NCBI GenBank assembly: GCA_951406725.2
Contig: OX597827.1
Location: 69,998,001 to 70,062,000, forward strand
Origin: Octopus vulgaris
Lineage: Eukaryota
Reading direction: 5' to 3'
Length of the DNA stretch: 64,000 bases
The position numbers and the translations under genes are program-made. Under the pieces are notes generated by a model that ran no database searches, was not told where the DNA came from, and was given only the letters and a program-made list of their open reading frames with translations. This document shows, one piece after another, positions 50,957 through 64,000 of this stretch. Position 1 is the first letter of the stretch. Every line of letters starts with the position of its first letter.

Positions 50957-51680
50957 TGTGGCTGCCCCCTCGTTATCGAGTATGGCCATTGCACGAAACT
51001 TAACTGTTACTGGTGCTGTGATCGAATGTGACTTTTTAGCCCAGCTAAAGATCTACAATGTCTTGTACAGAATTGGCAACTAATACCTTTACCGGGCGCG
51101 TGGCTTAGTGGTTAGGGCATTCGGCTCATGATCGTAATGTTGTGAGTTCGATTCCCGGCGACGCGTTGTGTCCTTGAGCAAGACACTTTATTTCACGTTG
51201 CTCCAGTCCACTCAGCTGGCAAAAATGAGTTGTACTTGTATTTCAAAGGGCCAGCCTTGTCACTCTCTGTGTCACGCTGATTATCCCCGAGAACTACGTT
51301 AAGGGTACACGTGTCTGTGGAATGCTCAGCCATTTGCACGTTAATTTCACGAGCAAGCTGTTCCGTTGATCGTATCAGCTGGGACCCTCGTCGTCGTAAC
51401 CGGCGGAGTCTTTTTTTTTTTTTAAATAGCCGGCTGTAGTTGTAACTGGGCTTCATGTACCTTGGCATGTCGTTTAAGTCCTCCTGTCGAATTACACTCT
51501 CTTCCACATGCCCGACAGATATGATTAGTATGGTGTGTTACACCACCACCAGTGGCCAGGTTGTCATTCATCTGGCTCGTTTTATGACTACGAAGATGAC
51601 TCATGAGTCCAGCTTTACTGAGGCAGGGTCTTGCACAGACATTGCATGTCAGCGTCAAAGGAAGACCCTTCCCATCTACA
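50957..51680 (-). mobile_element. RTE-like LINE 3' end encoding three tandem C2H2 zinc fingers, split by a SINE
   Basis: CNVCARPCLSKAGLMSHLRSH and CRACGRECNSTGGLKRHAKVH (51422-51680), then after the SINE KGISCQFCTRHCRSLAGLKSHIRSQHQ*. 3' UTR shared with 18137-18251; (TACA)n flanks. Confidence 0.8.
51093..51423 (+). mobile_element. tRNA/CORE-like SINE (family C variant)
   Basis: gcgcgtggcttagtggttaggg...gttcgattcc...gtgtccttgagcaagacactt...ctcagctggcaaaaatgag; family C tail; T-run end. Confidence 0.9.
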
Positions 51681-51716
51681 TACATACATACATACATACA
51701 TAATGATAGTATTATA

Positions 51717-51809
<93 letters not shown>

Positions 51810-51810
51810 T

Positions 51811-51876
<66 letters not shown>

Positions 51877-52315
51877 CTACGAGGAGTTCGAATAATAATA
51901 TAGTTTCTTTTGACTAAGCACACAGCCAATGTATTGAAGGGAAGGGCGCAGTCAATTGAGGGTGTGTATGTTTATAGGTGTATGTGTATGTGTATATATA
52001 TAGTACACACACATATAGACACAAACAGAGAGATAGACAGATAATGGTGGAGGGGACACACACACACACACACACACATACACACACATATAGGGTGGTT
52101 GAAGTGAAAGTGAAAGTGGTGGTGGTGGTGGTGGTGGTGGTGGTGGTGGTATAGGCAAAGTCGGTGACCACGGCGGTTGTGAGGTGGGGGCGTGTGTCAA
52201 CGAGGATATTGGTAGAGGCGGCGGTGGCGCACGCATTTCAAATTGATAAACAAGAGGAAAGATAAGATACGTGGCAAGGGAAGCAAGTCAGGCTGAAATG
52301 CAGGGGGGGAAACGT

Positions 52316-52825
<510 letters not shown>

Positions 52826-53119
52826 AGTGTACCAATAAAGATGGTTGAGAGAAAGAGGAGCAGATTGGAAATTACAAGTAGAAGAGGGCAAATAGAGAGT
52901 TCGAAAGAGTATAAGGAGTAATTGATAGGAGAGTAGATCAGATTACAGAAGACTGAATCACGGGGGGGGGGTAGAAACGTGGAAGTAATATGAAGGATTA
53001 AGAGATTGTATGTTAGAGAGGAACATAGAAAAATAAATTGAAGTCTTGATATGATTCATAAGTCTTGGACGAACTGAAGGGGATAGAAATAACAGAACGA
53101 TGTGGGTGCTTAGTTTTCT

Positions 53120-53158
<39 letters not shown>

Positions 53159-53244
53159 GCACACTCATAGCCTCTTTTCTCTCTCTCTGTCTCACTTTCT
53201 GCCCTCCAGTCTCATATCTCGACGGAATTGATAAAATAAGTTAC

Positions 53245-53337
53245 CACTCCCATCCATCCACCCGTCTCTCAACCCATCCACCCGTCCATCCATTCATCCA
53301 CCCGTCCATCCATTCATCCACCCATCCATCCATTCAT

Positions 53338-53397
<60 letters not shown>

Positions 53398-53458
53398 CCA
53401 TCCCGTCCATCCATTCATCCACCCATCCATCCATCCATCCGTCCATCCATTCATCCAC

Positions 53459-53495
<37 letters not shown>

Positions 53496-53561
53496 TATCC
53501 ACCCATCCATCCATTCATCCACCCATCCATCCATTCATCCACCCATCCATCCATTCATCCG

Positions 53562-53592
<31 letters not shown>

Positions 53593-53790
53593 CTCCATCC
53601 ATCCATCCATCCATCCATCCATCCATCCATCCATCCATCCATCCATCCATCCACCCATCCATCCATCCCTCCATCCATCCATCCCTCCATCCGTCCATCC
53701 ATCCATCCATCCACCCATCCATCCATCCATCCATCCATCCATCCATCCATCCATCCATCCATCCATCCATCCATTCCTCCATCCATCCAT

Positions 53791-53826
<36 letters not shown>

Positions 53827-53838
53827 CCATCCATCCAT
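53245..53838. repeat. About 600-bp (CCAT)n tract
   Basis: Direct inspection. Confidence 0.97.
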
Positions 53839-53859
53839 CTTCTCCGTCTACTATTCATG

Positions 53860-54105
53860 GCAGAACCGAGAAGGTAGGGTCCTCAGGCATCTCTTCCATA
53901 GAAGAGTCCTATCAGAAGCAGTCTTCATTATTAGACTTTCCGGCTAATTAAAACTATAGATACCATCCAACCATTTCGTTCTTGGTATACCTTTAAGTCT
54001 CTTGCCGGCTGGCTCAACTTGAAGAATCCATCTTGCAATTCTTTTTTTCCTGTGACATCCTAATCTCATACCCGTAATACTGGACTCTAACCTCTCAATG
54101 CAAAG
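53860..54105 (-). mobile_element. RTE-like LINE 3' remnant leading into (ATGG)n
   Basis: Minus strand, with frameshifts: QYYGYEIRMSQE...ARWILQVEPAGKRLKGIPRTKWLDGI...[10 protein letters not shown]. Confidence 0.7.
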
Positions 54106-54146
54106 AAATAGTGGCTCGAATCGTTTGTGATGTGATCATATTTATG

Positions 54147-54182
<36 letters not shown>

Positions 54183-54893
54183 CCCATACATTAATTGCAA
54201 TTTCTGTCTTTCTGTCTGTTACCATCTTGCTGCCAACACCAGTGAACCAGTCTTGACGAAACTTGGCATACAAGTTAAACTAACATCCAGTTGAATTATA
54301 GGTCGATTGGATTTCAATAAAAATCAATAATGGGCCCCCTGGCGGGGTTGGGCTGTTCTTTGATAATATGAGAAGGGTGCAAGAGTGTCAGTGTGAGGGA
54401 AATGTGGTGGCATAGTGAGTGTGGATGATATCAAGGAAAGGGAGAACAAAGTTGTGTAAGCGACAAATATGGAATATCAGTGGGTTGGTAACGTTAATAC
54501 AGCTGTCATTCAGAGATATACACGCGGTGCTGCATACATAATTTGGTTAATAATGGATACATGCATACACACACACACAGCACACACACATACACACACA
54601 CATACACACATGCATGTATACATATGTAACTTTAAAACGCCGAGGAAGGGAAAGAAAGGTTTGTGTAAGGAATACGTAGCTTTAAGCAGAGAAGGGGTAA
54701 GTTGACAACAATTGTTCACATGTAGGTTTTTTCTGCCGTCAGTCGCAAAGAATCACTCACACACATACATATACATACACACTCACACATACACACACAT
54801 ACATACACACATACATACATGCATGCATACATACATACATACATACATACATACATACATACATACATACATACATACATACATACATACATG

Positions 54894-55558
54894 CAAATGA
54901 AAATTTTTACAAATACGTTTCAAAATGCCGTAGATTTTTACGGTCAAATGGTTTTGGCGCAGAGTAAATAATCCAATGAAAAGAAGACAAAGAAAATTCT
55001 TAAACGCATACTCTTACTCTTTTACTCTTTTACTTGTTTCAGTCATTTGACTAGGCATTGGTCGGCCCGGGGCTATAGCAGAAGACACTTGCCCAAGATA
55101 CACAGTGGGACTGAACCCGGAACCATGTGGTTGGTTAGCAAGCTACTTACCACACAGCCACTCCTGCGCCTATTTTCTTTAATTATAATTTACAATTCTT
55201 TCCATTTGCAACACCAGTTTACGCGAAAATTCTAAAAGAAAAATCACGTAATATTTATGGTTTTAGACAACAAGGTCTGAAGGAAGCACAATATAAAAAC
55301 ACCCCTTTGATGCAAGTCTGATGGAGTGCCTCTCTAATGTCTAAAACCGCAAATATTACGTGATTTTTCTTTTAGAATTTTCGCGTAAACTAGTGTTGCA
55401 AATGGAGATGGTACGGAAAGAATTCTAAATTATAATTAAAGATGCGTTTAAGAATTTTTTTTTTCCTTCTTTTCATTGGATTATTTACTCTTCGCCCAAA
55501 CCAGTTGACCGTAAAATCTACGCCATTTTTGAAAAGTATTTGTAAACATTTTCATTTG
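54894..55558. repeat. Long foldback inverted repeat (about 215-bp arms, about 70-bp spacer); left arm interrupted by a deleted family A SINE (55011-55172)
   Basis: gtttacgcgaaaattctaaaagaaaaatcacgtaatattt vs aaatattacgtgatttttcttttagaattttcgcgtaaac; arms extend to caaatgaaaat / attttcatttg. Confidence 0.9.
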
Positions 55559-55997
55559 AAAATATCTATTTTTCAAAAAGTTATGCAGAAAAAATTCAGG
55601 GTGGACACATTTCTGCAGTTATGCCAAAATATAAACAGAGGCATTAAAAAATGCCATCTCACACTGTAAGATAACTATGTCGCAGTCAACTAAATATAGA
55701 TTTGAAATTGAAACTCTCAAGCATAACAGAATTTTGAAAACCACGTTTCGATGCAAAAAAAAAAAGAAAAAATCAAATTGGAATTTATAAATTTTTTCTA
55801 GGCTACATAGACTTTAATAATTGCTTTTTTTTTTTTTTTTTGGTAAACATTACATATTCCAAACTAATTAGTAAGCAGCTTTCTTTATTATAGTATATAG
55901 ATATGAGGGCTCATAGACAGGAATTTTATCAGATATAGGTTTATTATCATCATTATCATCATTAAATAAAAACAGAATGAAAAGCAGCGGCAGCAAT

Positions 55998-56032
<35 letters not shown>

Positions 56033-56042
56033 CAGCAGCAGC

Positions 56043-56092
<50 letters not shown>

Positions 56093-56229
56093 CACATGAT
56101 AGCAGCAATCTTCCCGTCGAACCAAAGAAATTTGTCTCTATTTTTTTTTCTCACATTTTGGTATTTTCTTCAAATTGTTGCTGCATATTCTGACGGTCGT
56201 AACTTTTAACGGAAGAATTATAACCTTGT

Positions 56230-56414
56230 GTTGGTGTGTGTGTGTGAGAGAGAGAGGGAGGGAGAGAGAAGGGGAGAGGGGAGTGAGAAGGGGAGAGGGA
56301 GAGAGGGGAAGAGAGAGGGAGAGGAGGAAGAGAGGGAGAAAAGGGGTATGTTTGGGTGTGTGTGCGTGTTTGTGTCTGTGTGTGAGAGGTAGTGTTTGTC
56401 GGTGTGTGTGTGTC

Positions 56415-56460
<46 letters not shown>

Positions 56461-56515
56461 GGTGTGTGTGTGTGTTGGTGTATGCGTGTGTGTGTGTGTC
56501 GGTATGTGTATGTCG

Positions 56516-56548
<33 letters not shown>

Positions 56549-57070
56549 TCGGTGTGTATGTCTCGGTGTGTGTGTGTCGGTGTGTGCGTGTCGGTGTGTA
56601 TGAGAGAGAGAGGAGAGGGGAGAGAGAAAGGTATGTTTAGGTGTGTGTGTCTGTGTGAGAGGGACAGTGTGTGTGGAAGAGGAAGAGAGAGACACACACA
56701 TTGTGTGTCTTTGTCGGTGTGTGTGAGAGAGAGAGAGAGGTGAGAGAGAGAGGGGAGTGTTTGGGTGTGTGTGTGAAAGGGACGGGGTGTGTGTGTGTGA
56801 AAGCGGAAGAGAGAGAGACAGTGTGTGTTTGTGTGTGTGTATGCGTGTGCGTATGTGTGTGAGAGAGAGAGACAGAGAGGTGTGTTTGGGTGTACGTGTA
56901 TGTTTGTGTCTGTGTGTGAGAGGGACATGGTGTGTGGGTGTGTGTGAAAGAGGAAGAGAGAGAGAGAGACAGAGACAGAGACGGTGGGTGTGTTTGTGTG
57001 TATGTGAGTTAGAAAGAGAGAGAGGAGGAGGAGGAGGAGAGGTAGTGTGTGTGTTTGTGTCTACGTGTGG

Positions 57071-57123
<53 letters not shown>

Positions 57124-57160
57124 GTTGTGTGTTTGGGTGTGTGTGTGTGCATGTTTGTGC
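56230..57160. repeat. Degenerate (TG)n/(GA)n tract
   Basis: Direct inspection. Confidence 0.95.
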
Positions 57161-57249
57161 GGCGGCGGCGGTGGTGGTGGTAGTGGTGGTGTGGTGGTAG
57201 TGGTGGTGGTAGTGGTGGTGTGGCGGTAGTGGTGGTGGTGGTGGTTGCG

Positions 57250-57290
<41 letters not shown>

Positions 57291-57375
57291 GGTGGTGGTG
57301 GTGGTGATGGTGGTGGTGGTGGTGGTTGCTGTAGTAGTAGTAGTAGTGGTGGCGGTGGTGGTGGTGGTGGTTGCG

Positions 57376-57427
<52 letters not shown>

Positions 57428-57719
57428 GGGGGGGGCAAGAGGAATTTTTCGCGCAAACACCTCCTCCGCTTAAAGAATGGCCATTGTGGTTGCTCAGAGC
57501 CTATCGAGCGTTTGATGTAATGGAAAGGAATGCGCCGAGCCAGCAAAGTCCTTCGCTCGGTCGCCGACGACGACTACAAAAAGAGCCTCTCTTGTCTTCG
57601 TCTTTCGTCTGGTTTTTGGCTGACACATCTTCCTGTGTCTCTCGGTGCAGCATCCGCAAACGTCTTTGACTTAGAAAAACCAACGCTTTTGTAAGACCGC
57701 CACACCTACACGCCCACAG

Positions 57720-59038
57720 ACACACATGTACGCCCACGTGCATACACATGTGGAGATGTGTGCGCAAAAGCACACACATACTCACACATGTATCCACAAG
57801 CACACATGCATACGATCACTCGTACACATGCACACACACATACGCACGCATGCAAACACACACATACACATGCACACACACATACGCACGCACACACACC
57901 CACATGCACACATGCACACACACACATACGCACACACACATACGCACACATGCACTCACAAGCACACATGCATACGCTCATACGAGCACATGCAAACACA
58001 CACATACACACACACACGCCCGTACGTACACATGCACACACACATTCACACACACATACGCACACATGCACATATACACACACACACCCGTACGTACACA
58101 TGCACACACATATGTACACATGCATACGTATACATGCACACACACATACACACAGATGCAAACACGCACATATACACACACCCATACGCACACATGCTTA
58201 TGCACATATGCACACACACATACGCACACATGCTTATGCACATATGCACACACACATACGTACACATGCAAGCAGGCACATATACACACACACACGTACG
58301 CACACATACATACGTACACATGTACACACATACACATACGTACACATGCATACGTACACATGCACGCACACATACACACAGATGCAAACTCACACATATA
58401 CACACACACACCCATACGCACACATGCATACGTACGCATGCACACACACATACACACACACGCGCGCACACATATGCATACGTGCAGTGCATACTCACAT
58501 ACGCACACTGCACACACACACATGTATACACATACGTACAGATGCATACGTATACACACATACGCACGCATGCATACACACACATACGTACACGTGTATA
58601 CACACACACATATATGCATACTCACATACGCACACTGCACACACACACATGTATACGTATACTCACATACGCACGCATGCACACATTCTCATATGCGCAT
58701 ATGCATACACATACATACATACATACATACATGCATGCACATGTGCATACATGCACACACACATGCATACATACATGCTCACACAATCACATGTAAGCGC
58801 ATACGCATAACACACATATGCATCCACACACACACACACATACTCATTCAATCACACGCACGCGCATTCATAGCACTACATGTATGTACACCCATACATA
58901 CACATGAACGCATATATGCATGCGCGTACACACACACACACGCACATACATCTATACGCACTATCACAGATAACACACATGCATGTGCGCATACACGCTC
59001 ATACACGTATGCACACAATCACGCCCACGCGCAGACAG

Positions 59039-59083
<45 letters not shown>

Positions 59084-59130
59084 CAGTCACACACACACAT
59101 CCATGCAGACGCATGGACATACACACACAA
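57720..59130. repeat. About 1.4-kb degenerate alternating purine-pyrimidine (CA/TA/CG) tract
   Basis: Direct inspection. Confidence 0.95.
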
Positions 59131-59438
59131 TAATACGTGGGCGTACAAAACGACCGCGAAGAGATTCCTTAAGTGGACACCTGTTTGCGATCATTTAACC
59201 AGCTAGAAATAGCAGTCAAATCTTCCTCAGAAAGAATGCCTACATTCACACACTGTGAAATAAGTAAGACTGGATGGCCATGGCTGGAATGCATTTGATC
59301 ATGAGTTTACCTAATCAGGGCTAAATAAGACAAAACAACCGTAGCCGTCACTTGCAAGCGAGTATGAGTTGGTAGTTCGCTAATAGAAGTGGTGGTGGTT
59401 TTAGTAGCAGTAGCGGCAGCAGCAGCAACAGTAGCAAC

Positions 59439-59518
<80 letters not shown>

Positions 59519-59812
59519 ATATCACTGAAATTTCAAATGAATGTCCAAGACCGTCCGGACAGAAGAGAGCAAGGCCATCAAAGACCATTTTAGGAACTGA
59601 TGATATGTCAAAGAATGGACAAGGAAACAAGAGTCCAGTGGATTGTATGCCTACAGCACAACAGAAAGGGAACTAGGGAGTCTTGCAAGCCGAGCCTTGG
59701 TTACAGGGAAGGCAACTTGTTGAATGTGCTGAAGAGAGTAGACACACAATGCTCTCTCAACGTTCGAACGCTTTGATCCAATGGAATATCGATCTTGTGA
59801 CAGCTGGAGAAT

Positions 59813-60296
59813 AAAAGGGTTGTGCCAGAGACAAAATAGGGTTGCACAAGAGGCGAAAAAGGGTTGTGCCAGAGACAAAATAGGGTTGCACAAGAGGCGA
59901 AAAAGGGTTGTGCCAGAGGCAAAAAAGGGTTGTGCCAGAGGCAAAAATGGGTTGCACCAAAGGCAAAAAAGGGTTGCACCAGAGGCAAAAAGGGTTGCGC
60001 CAGAGGCAAAAATGGGTTGCACCAGAGGCAAAAAAGGGTTGTGCCAAAGGCAAAAAGGGTTGCGCCAGAGGCAAAAATGGGTTGCGCCAGAAGTTAAAAG
60101 GGTTGCACTATAGGCAAAAAAAGGTTGCACCAGACGCAAAACGGGTTGCCCCGAAGGCAAAAATGGGTTGCTGATACTAAAAGGGTTGCACCAGAGACAA
60201 AAAGAGCTGCACCAGAGGTAAAACGGATTGCACCAGAGACAAAAAGGGCTGCACCACAAAAAAGGGCTGCACCAGAGGTAAAAAGGGTTGCACCAG
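59813..60296. repeat. Minisatellite, about 23 units of 21-22 bp (GGGTTGCACCAGAGGCAAAAA)
   Basis: Units counted directly. Confidence 0.95.
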
Positions 60297-60319
60297 CTAT
60301 ATGGTAGCATTCTTAACAG

Positions 60320-60730
60320 CTAAGTAGACTTGAGCAAGGCTCAACCCGTCTTGCGGATGGCGGCTCGAGCGCCTCAGTGACCCTCTCCCCCCTCACAGGA
60401 CTTATGCCAGCAGAACACAAGCTCCTGGTAGAGCCTCGCATGCTGGATAGGTCAAAGGACAGAGGTCAGACTAATATGGACCACGTCTTCTCAGAGGTAG
60501 AAATGTGCTTGCTTAGGGCCAACACTCCCTACCTAGAAAAAAGTAAAGTTACAGTAGCATCGAAGATAATTCAAGACCAACAAGACCTGGGAGAGGAAAG
60601 CCTTCCCGCAGGAAGGGTGAACCCCTCCCCAACGCACACACACCATACTAGGAAAGTGACTCCGAAGATAGAACCGGAGACAATACAACTGGAGAGAAGC
60701 AGAAATAACACCGAGAATGGTGAACAGTGA
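60320..60730 (+). mobile_element. Interspersed repeat, probably an RTE-type LINE 5' region
   Basis: caagctcctgg...gctggataggtcaaagg...ctaatatggaccac...; a diverged inverse copy lies at 6375-6500. Confidence 0.55.
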
Positions 60731-60734
60731 AGAA

Positions 60735-61143
60735 AAGAGTGGCTGTGCTTACCAACTACATGGTTCTGGGTTCAGTCCCACTGCGTGGCACCTTGGGCAA
60801 GTGTCTTCTACTATAGCCTCGGGCCGACCAAAGCCTTGTGAGTGGATTTGGTAGACGGAAACTGAAAGAAGTCCGTCGTATATATGTATATATATATATG
60901 TATGTGTGTGTATATGTTTGTGTGTATATATGTTTGTGTGTCTGTGTTTGTCCACCCTCCCACATCGCTTGACAACCGATGCGGGTGTGTTTACGTCCCC
61001 CTAACGTAGCGGTTCGGCAAAAGAGACCGATCGAATAAGTACTAGGCTTACAAAGAATAAGTCCTGGGGGTCGATTTGCTCGACTAAAAGGCGGTGCTCC
61101 AGCATGGCCACAGTCACATGACTGAAACAAGTAAAAGAGTAAA
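60735..61143 (+). mobile_element. Family A SINE
   Basis: Homology to 27760-28190. Confidence 0.9.
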
Positions 61144-61477
61144 GGATGGATTATCTATGTTTCATACAAGAAAGAAGGGGGCAACGTGAAATGAAGTGCC
61201 AGGTCCATGGATCGAGCCCATGACCTTACGATCCTGAATTCAATATCTCTAACTGCTTGGTCATTTAGCTTTTGTAACATCAACTTAGCAGAAAAACCAG
61301 TAAATGGATAAAATGCCACAGCAACACGACACATAACGAGCGCCATCTCTTGTAGCAGCAGTAACAACAGAAGGAGCCTCTATTTGGTCGCTCCACCTGT
61401 TAGAAATAGCAGCTAAATCTGTCTCAAATCGTACATCTTGGCGCCTTAAAAGAGTAGTGGAAATATCAAATACACGC

Positions 61478-61892
61478 TCTCTTTTACTCTTTTACTCTTT
61501 TACTTGTTTCAGTCATTTGACTGCGGCCATGCTGGAGCACCGCCTTTTAATCGAGCAACTCGACCCCGGGACTTATTCTTTTGTAAGCCCAGTACTTATT
61601 CTATCGGTCTCTTTTGCCGAACCGCTAAGTAACGGGGACATAAACACACCAGCATCGTTTGTCAAGCAATGCTAGTGGGACAAACACAGACACACAAACA
61701 CACACACGCATACATATATATATATACATATATACGACGGGCTTCTTTCAGTTTCCGTCTACCAAATCCACTCACAAGGCTTTGGTCGGCCCGAGGCTAT
61801 AGTAGAAGACACTTGCCCAAGGTACCACGCAGTGGGACTGAACCCGGAACCATGTGGTTGGTAAACAAGCTACTTACCACACAGCCACTCCT
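61478..61892 (-). mobile_element. Family A SINE
   Basis: Homology to 8324-8780. Confidence 0.92.
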
Positions 61893-62122
61893 GAAAATTC
61901 TTTTTAAAAAGGCCATAAGTTGAAATGATGGGTGAGGATGAAAGAGATTTCGCGCTTGCCTGCTGTTGTTTAACTCCCAGGGTTTGCCTAGGGTTGAAAT
62001 CACACCAGAAAAATCAGCAACAACATAGAGATGATGGCAGCAACAACAACGACAACACTAATTACAACAACAATAACAACGATGATGACGACAAAAGTAA
62101 CAGCGATAATAGCAACAGCAGT

Positions 62123-62565
62123 GGAGGCGCAATGGCCCAGTGGTTAGGGCAGCGGACTCGCGGTCGTAAGAGCGCGATTTCGATTCCCAGACCGGGCAGT
62201 GTGAGTGTTTATTGAGCAAAAATACCTATTTCTTTATTACCCACAAGGGGCTAAACACAGAGGGGACAAACAAGGACAGACATAGGTATTAAGTCGATTA
62301 CATCGACCCCAGTGCGTAACTGGTACTTAATTTATCGACCCCGAAAGGATGAAAGGCTAAGTCGACCTCAGCGGAATTTGAACTCTCAACGTAACGCAGA
62401 CGAAATACCGCTAAGCATTTCGCCCGGCGTGCTAACGTTTCTGCCAGCTCACCGCCTTATTGAGCAAAAACACCTAAGCTCCACGAGGCTCCGGCGGATG
62501 AGTGGGTGAGTTAACCCCGCTGTACTCTTTCACCACAACTTTCTCTCACTCTTTCTTCCTACTTC
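62123..62565 (+). mobile_element. Family C SINE 5' part interrupted by a family B SINE (62223-62456, -)
   Basis: TSD ttattgagcaaaaa at 62209-62222 and 62457-62470. Confidence 0.92.
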
Positions 62566-62864
62566 TGTCACAAAGCAGTGGAACCATGGTGTAACCCACT
62601 ATGGTGTGGTAAAACTTTCAGACCCTAGTCTAGATTGCGAATCCTCTGTACCCCAAGATGGTTCAGCTCTCCACCCGTTAAAAAGCCACCGTTTACGGAA
62701 GGAGGATAACAACGAGGCTTTCGCGCCCGTTCAACCGCCAGTTGTATCGCGTGTGGTGGGTGGATCTTCAAGTTGCTGCACGCATTCTTAGTAGCTTAGA
62801 GTAGGCTCGAATTAGAGATTATTCTTTGTGGCTAATGGCGTGAGTCCTGATTGGACGAAGAAGA

Positions 62865-63250
62865 AGGTGTCTTCTACTATAGCCACGAGCTGATAAAAAC
62901 CTGGCGAATGGATTTGATAGACGGAAACTGAAAGAATCCCATCGCATATGTGTGCATGCGTATGTGTGTGTATCTGTGTGTGCATGCGTATGTGTGTATG
63001 TATGTGTGTGTATTAGTATATGTTTGATGAATGTCTTTGTGTATTTCTTTGTCGCCCAGCACTGCTTGACAACCGGCGTTGGTTTGTTTCCACCCCTCCC
63101 CCCATAACTTAGAAGTTTGACAAAAAGAGACCGATAGAGTAAGTACCACACTTAACAGGAAAAAAGTGCTGGGGCCGATTTGCTCGACTAAACCGTTCAA
63201 GGCGGTGCTCCAGCACGGCCGCAGTCCAATGAGGGGAAACAAGTAGAAGA
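62865..63250 (+). mobile_element. Diverged family A SINE
   Basis: gtgtcttctactatagcc...gacggaaactgaaagaa...ggcggtgctccagcacggccgcagtc. Confidence 0.8.
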
Positions 63251-63319
63251 TAGACGAGGAAAAAAACAACAACAGCATCTTCCAGAAAAAAAAACTGCTG
63301 AGAATGCAACAAGGACGAA

Positions 63320-63780
63320 AATAGCAACAACAACAACAACAACGATTACAACATCAGTAAAAACAACAGCTGTAACAGCAGCAACAGCAGCAGCAGCAGC
63401 AACAGCAGCAACAGCAGCAGCAACAGCAGCAACAGCAGCAGCAGCAGTAGCAGCAGAGGCTGGAGAATATATGGAAGCTGCAACGTAAGCAAAAATAGCA
63501 ACGGTAGGCCCATTTCAGCAGTCACAGCAGCACCCGTGTCATCAACAACAACAACAACAACAATAAACAAACAAACAAACAAACAAACAAAGAAGACAGC
63601 AACAACAATAGCAACAGTGGCAACACCACCCCACCCCCAATAACAGAGACTGCAAAAAGAAGAGGTTGGAGGACAGATGGAAATTTGCAACATAAGCTAA
63701 AATCGCAACATACCGCAATTTTTTGCACTGACTTGAATTACAGCAAAAGCAAAGTCAACAACGAGAACAACGACGACATC

Positions 63781-63828
<48 letters not shown>

Positions 63829-64000
63829 AATAATAATAATAATAATAACAATAACAACAATAATAACAATAACAACAACAGCAACAACAACAACAACAAT
63901 AATAATAATAATAACAATAATAATAACAACAACAACAACAACAACAATAATAATAACAACAACAACAACAACAACAACAATAATAATAATAACAACAATA
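63320..64000. repeat. (CAA/CAG/TAA)n microsatellite region
   Basis: Direct inspection. Confidence 0.95.

Noticed and set aside
51422-51697. Host C2H2 zinc-finger gene exon
   Set aside because: No TGEKP linkers, interrupted by a SINE, continuous with a repeated LINE-type 3' end and bounded by microsatellites.
53065-53877. 270-aa (HPSI)n protein
   Set aside because: Translation of the (CCAT)n microsatellite.
57726-59133. Long His/Thr-rich ORFs (350-461 aa), and the 440-aa ORF at 56138-57460
   Set aside because: Open in several frames and on both strands because CA/TG repeats lack stop codons; no domain content.
59781-60310. Repetitive Cys/Lys-rich or KRVAPEA proteins
   Set aside because: Mixed 21- and 22-bp units shift the frame continually, so the repeat is not codon-constrained.

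Overview
Repeat-saturated, AT-rich animal genomic DNA. The SINE families and the microsatellite load point to a cephalopod, most likely Octopus (inference from recalled repeat consensus, not a database hit). No intact protein-coding gene can be supported, and most ORFs in the track are translations of microsatellites or SINEs. The window contains: dozens of tRNA-derived SINE copies in 3-4 families (labelled A-D here); decayed non-LTR retrotransposons (RTE clade, including a family with three C-terminal C2H2 fingers, and R4/Dong-like RLE-clade pieces); a decayed hAT transposase; MITEs with clear TIRs and TSDs (hAT, Tc1/pogo, mariner, Merlin); a Helitron-type element; and many Penelope-like fragments set in (TA)n tracts. 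Most notable: (1) at least four sequence-unrelated families of type I hammerhead-ribozyme motifs plus several long foldback palindromes, concentrated at 12.6-18 kb; (2) an 11-unit array whose conserved core overlaps kappaB-like, STAT and ETS motifs; (3) a SINE family that repeatedly builds head-to-tail arrays through one fixed junction; (4) a CpG-eroded domain at about 28-35 kb that may mark a methylated gene body. Coordinates were read by eye and may be off by a few bases.
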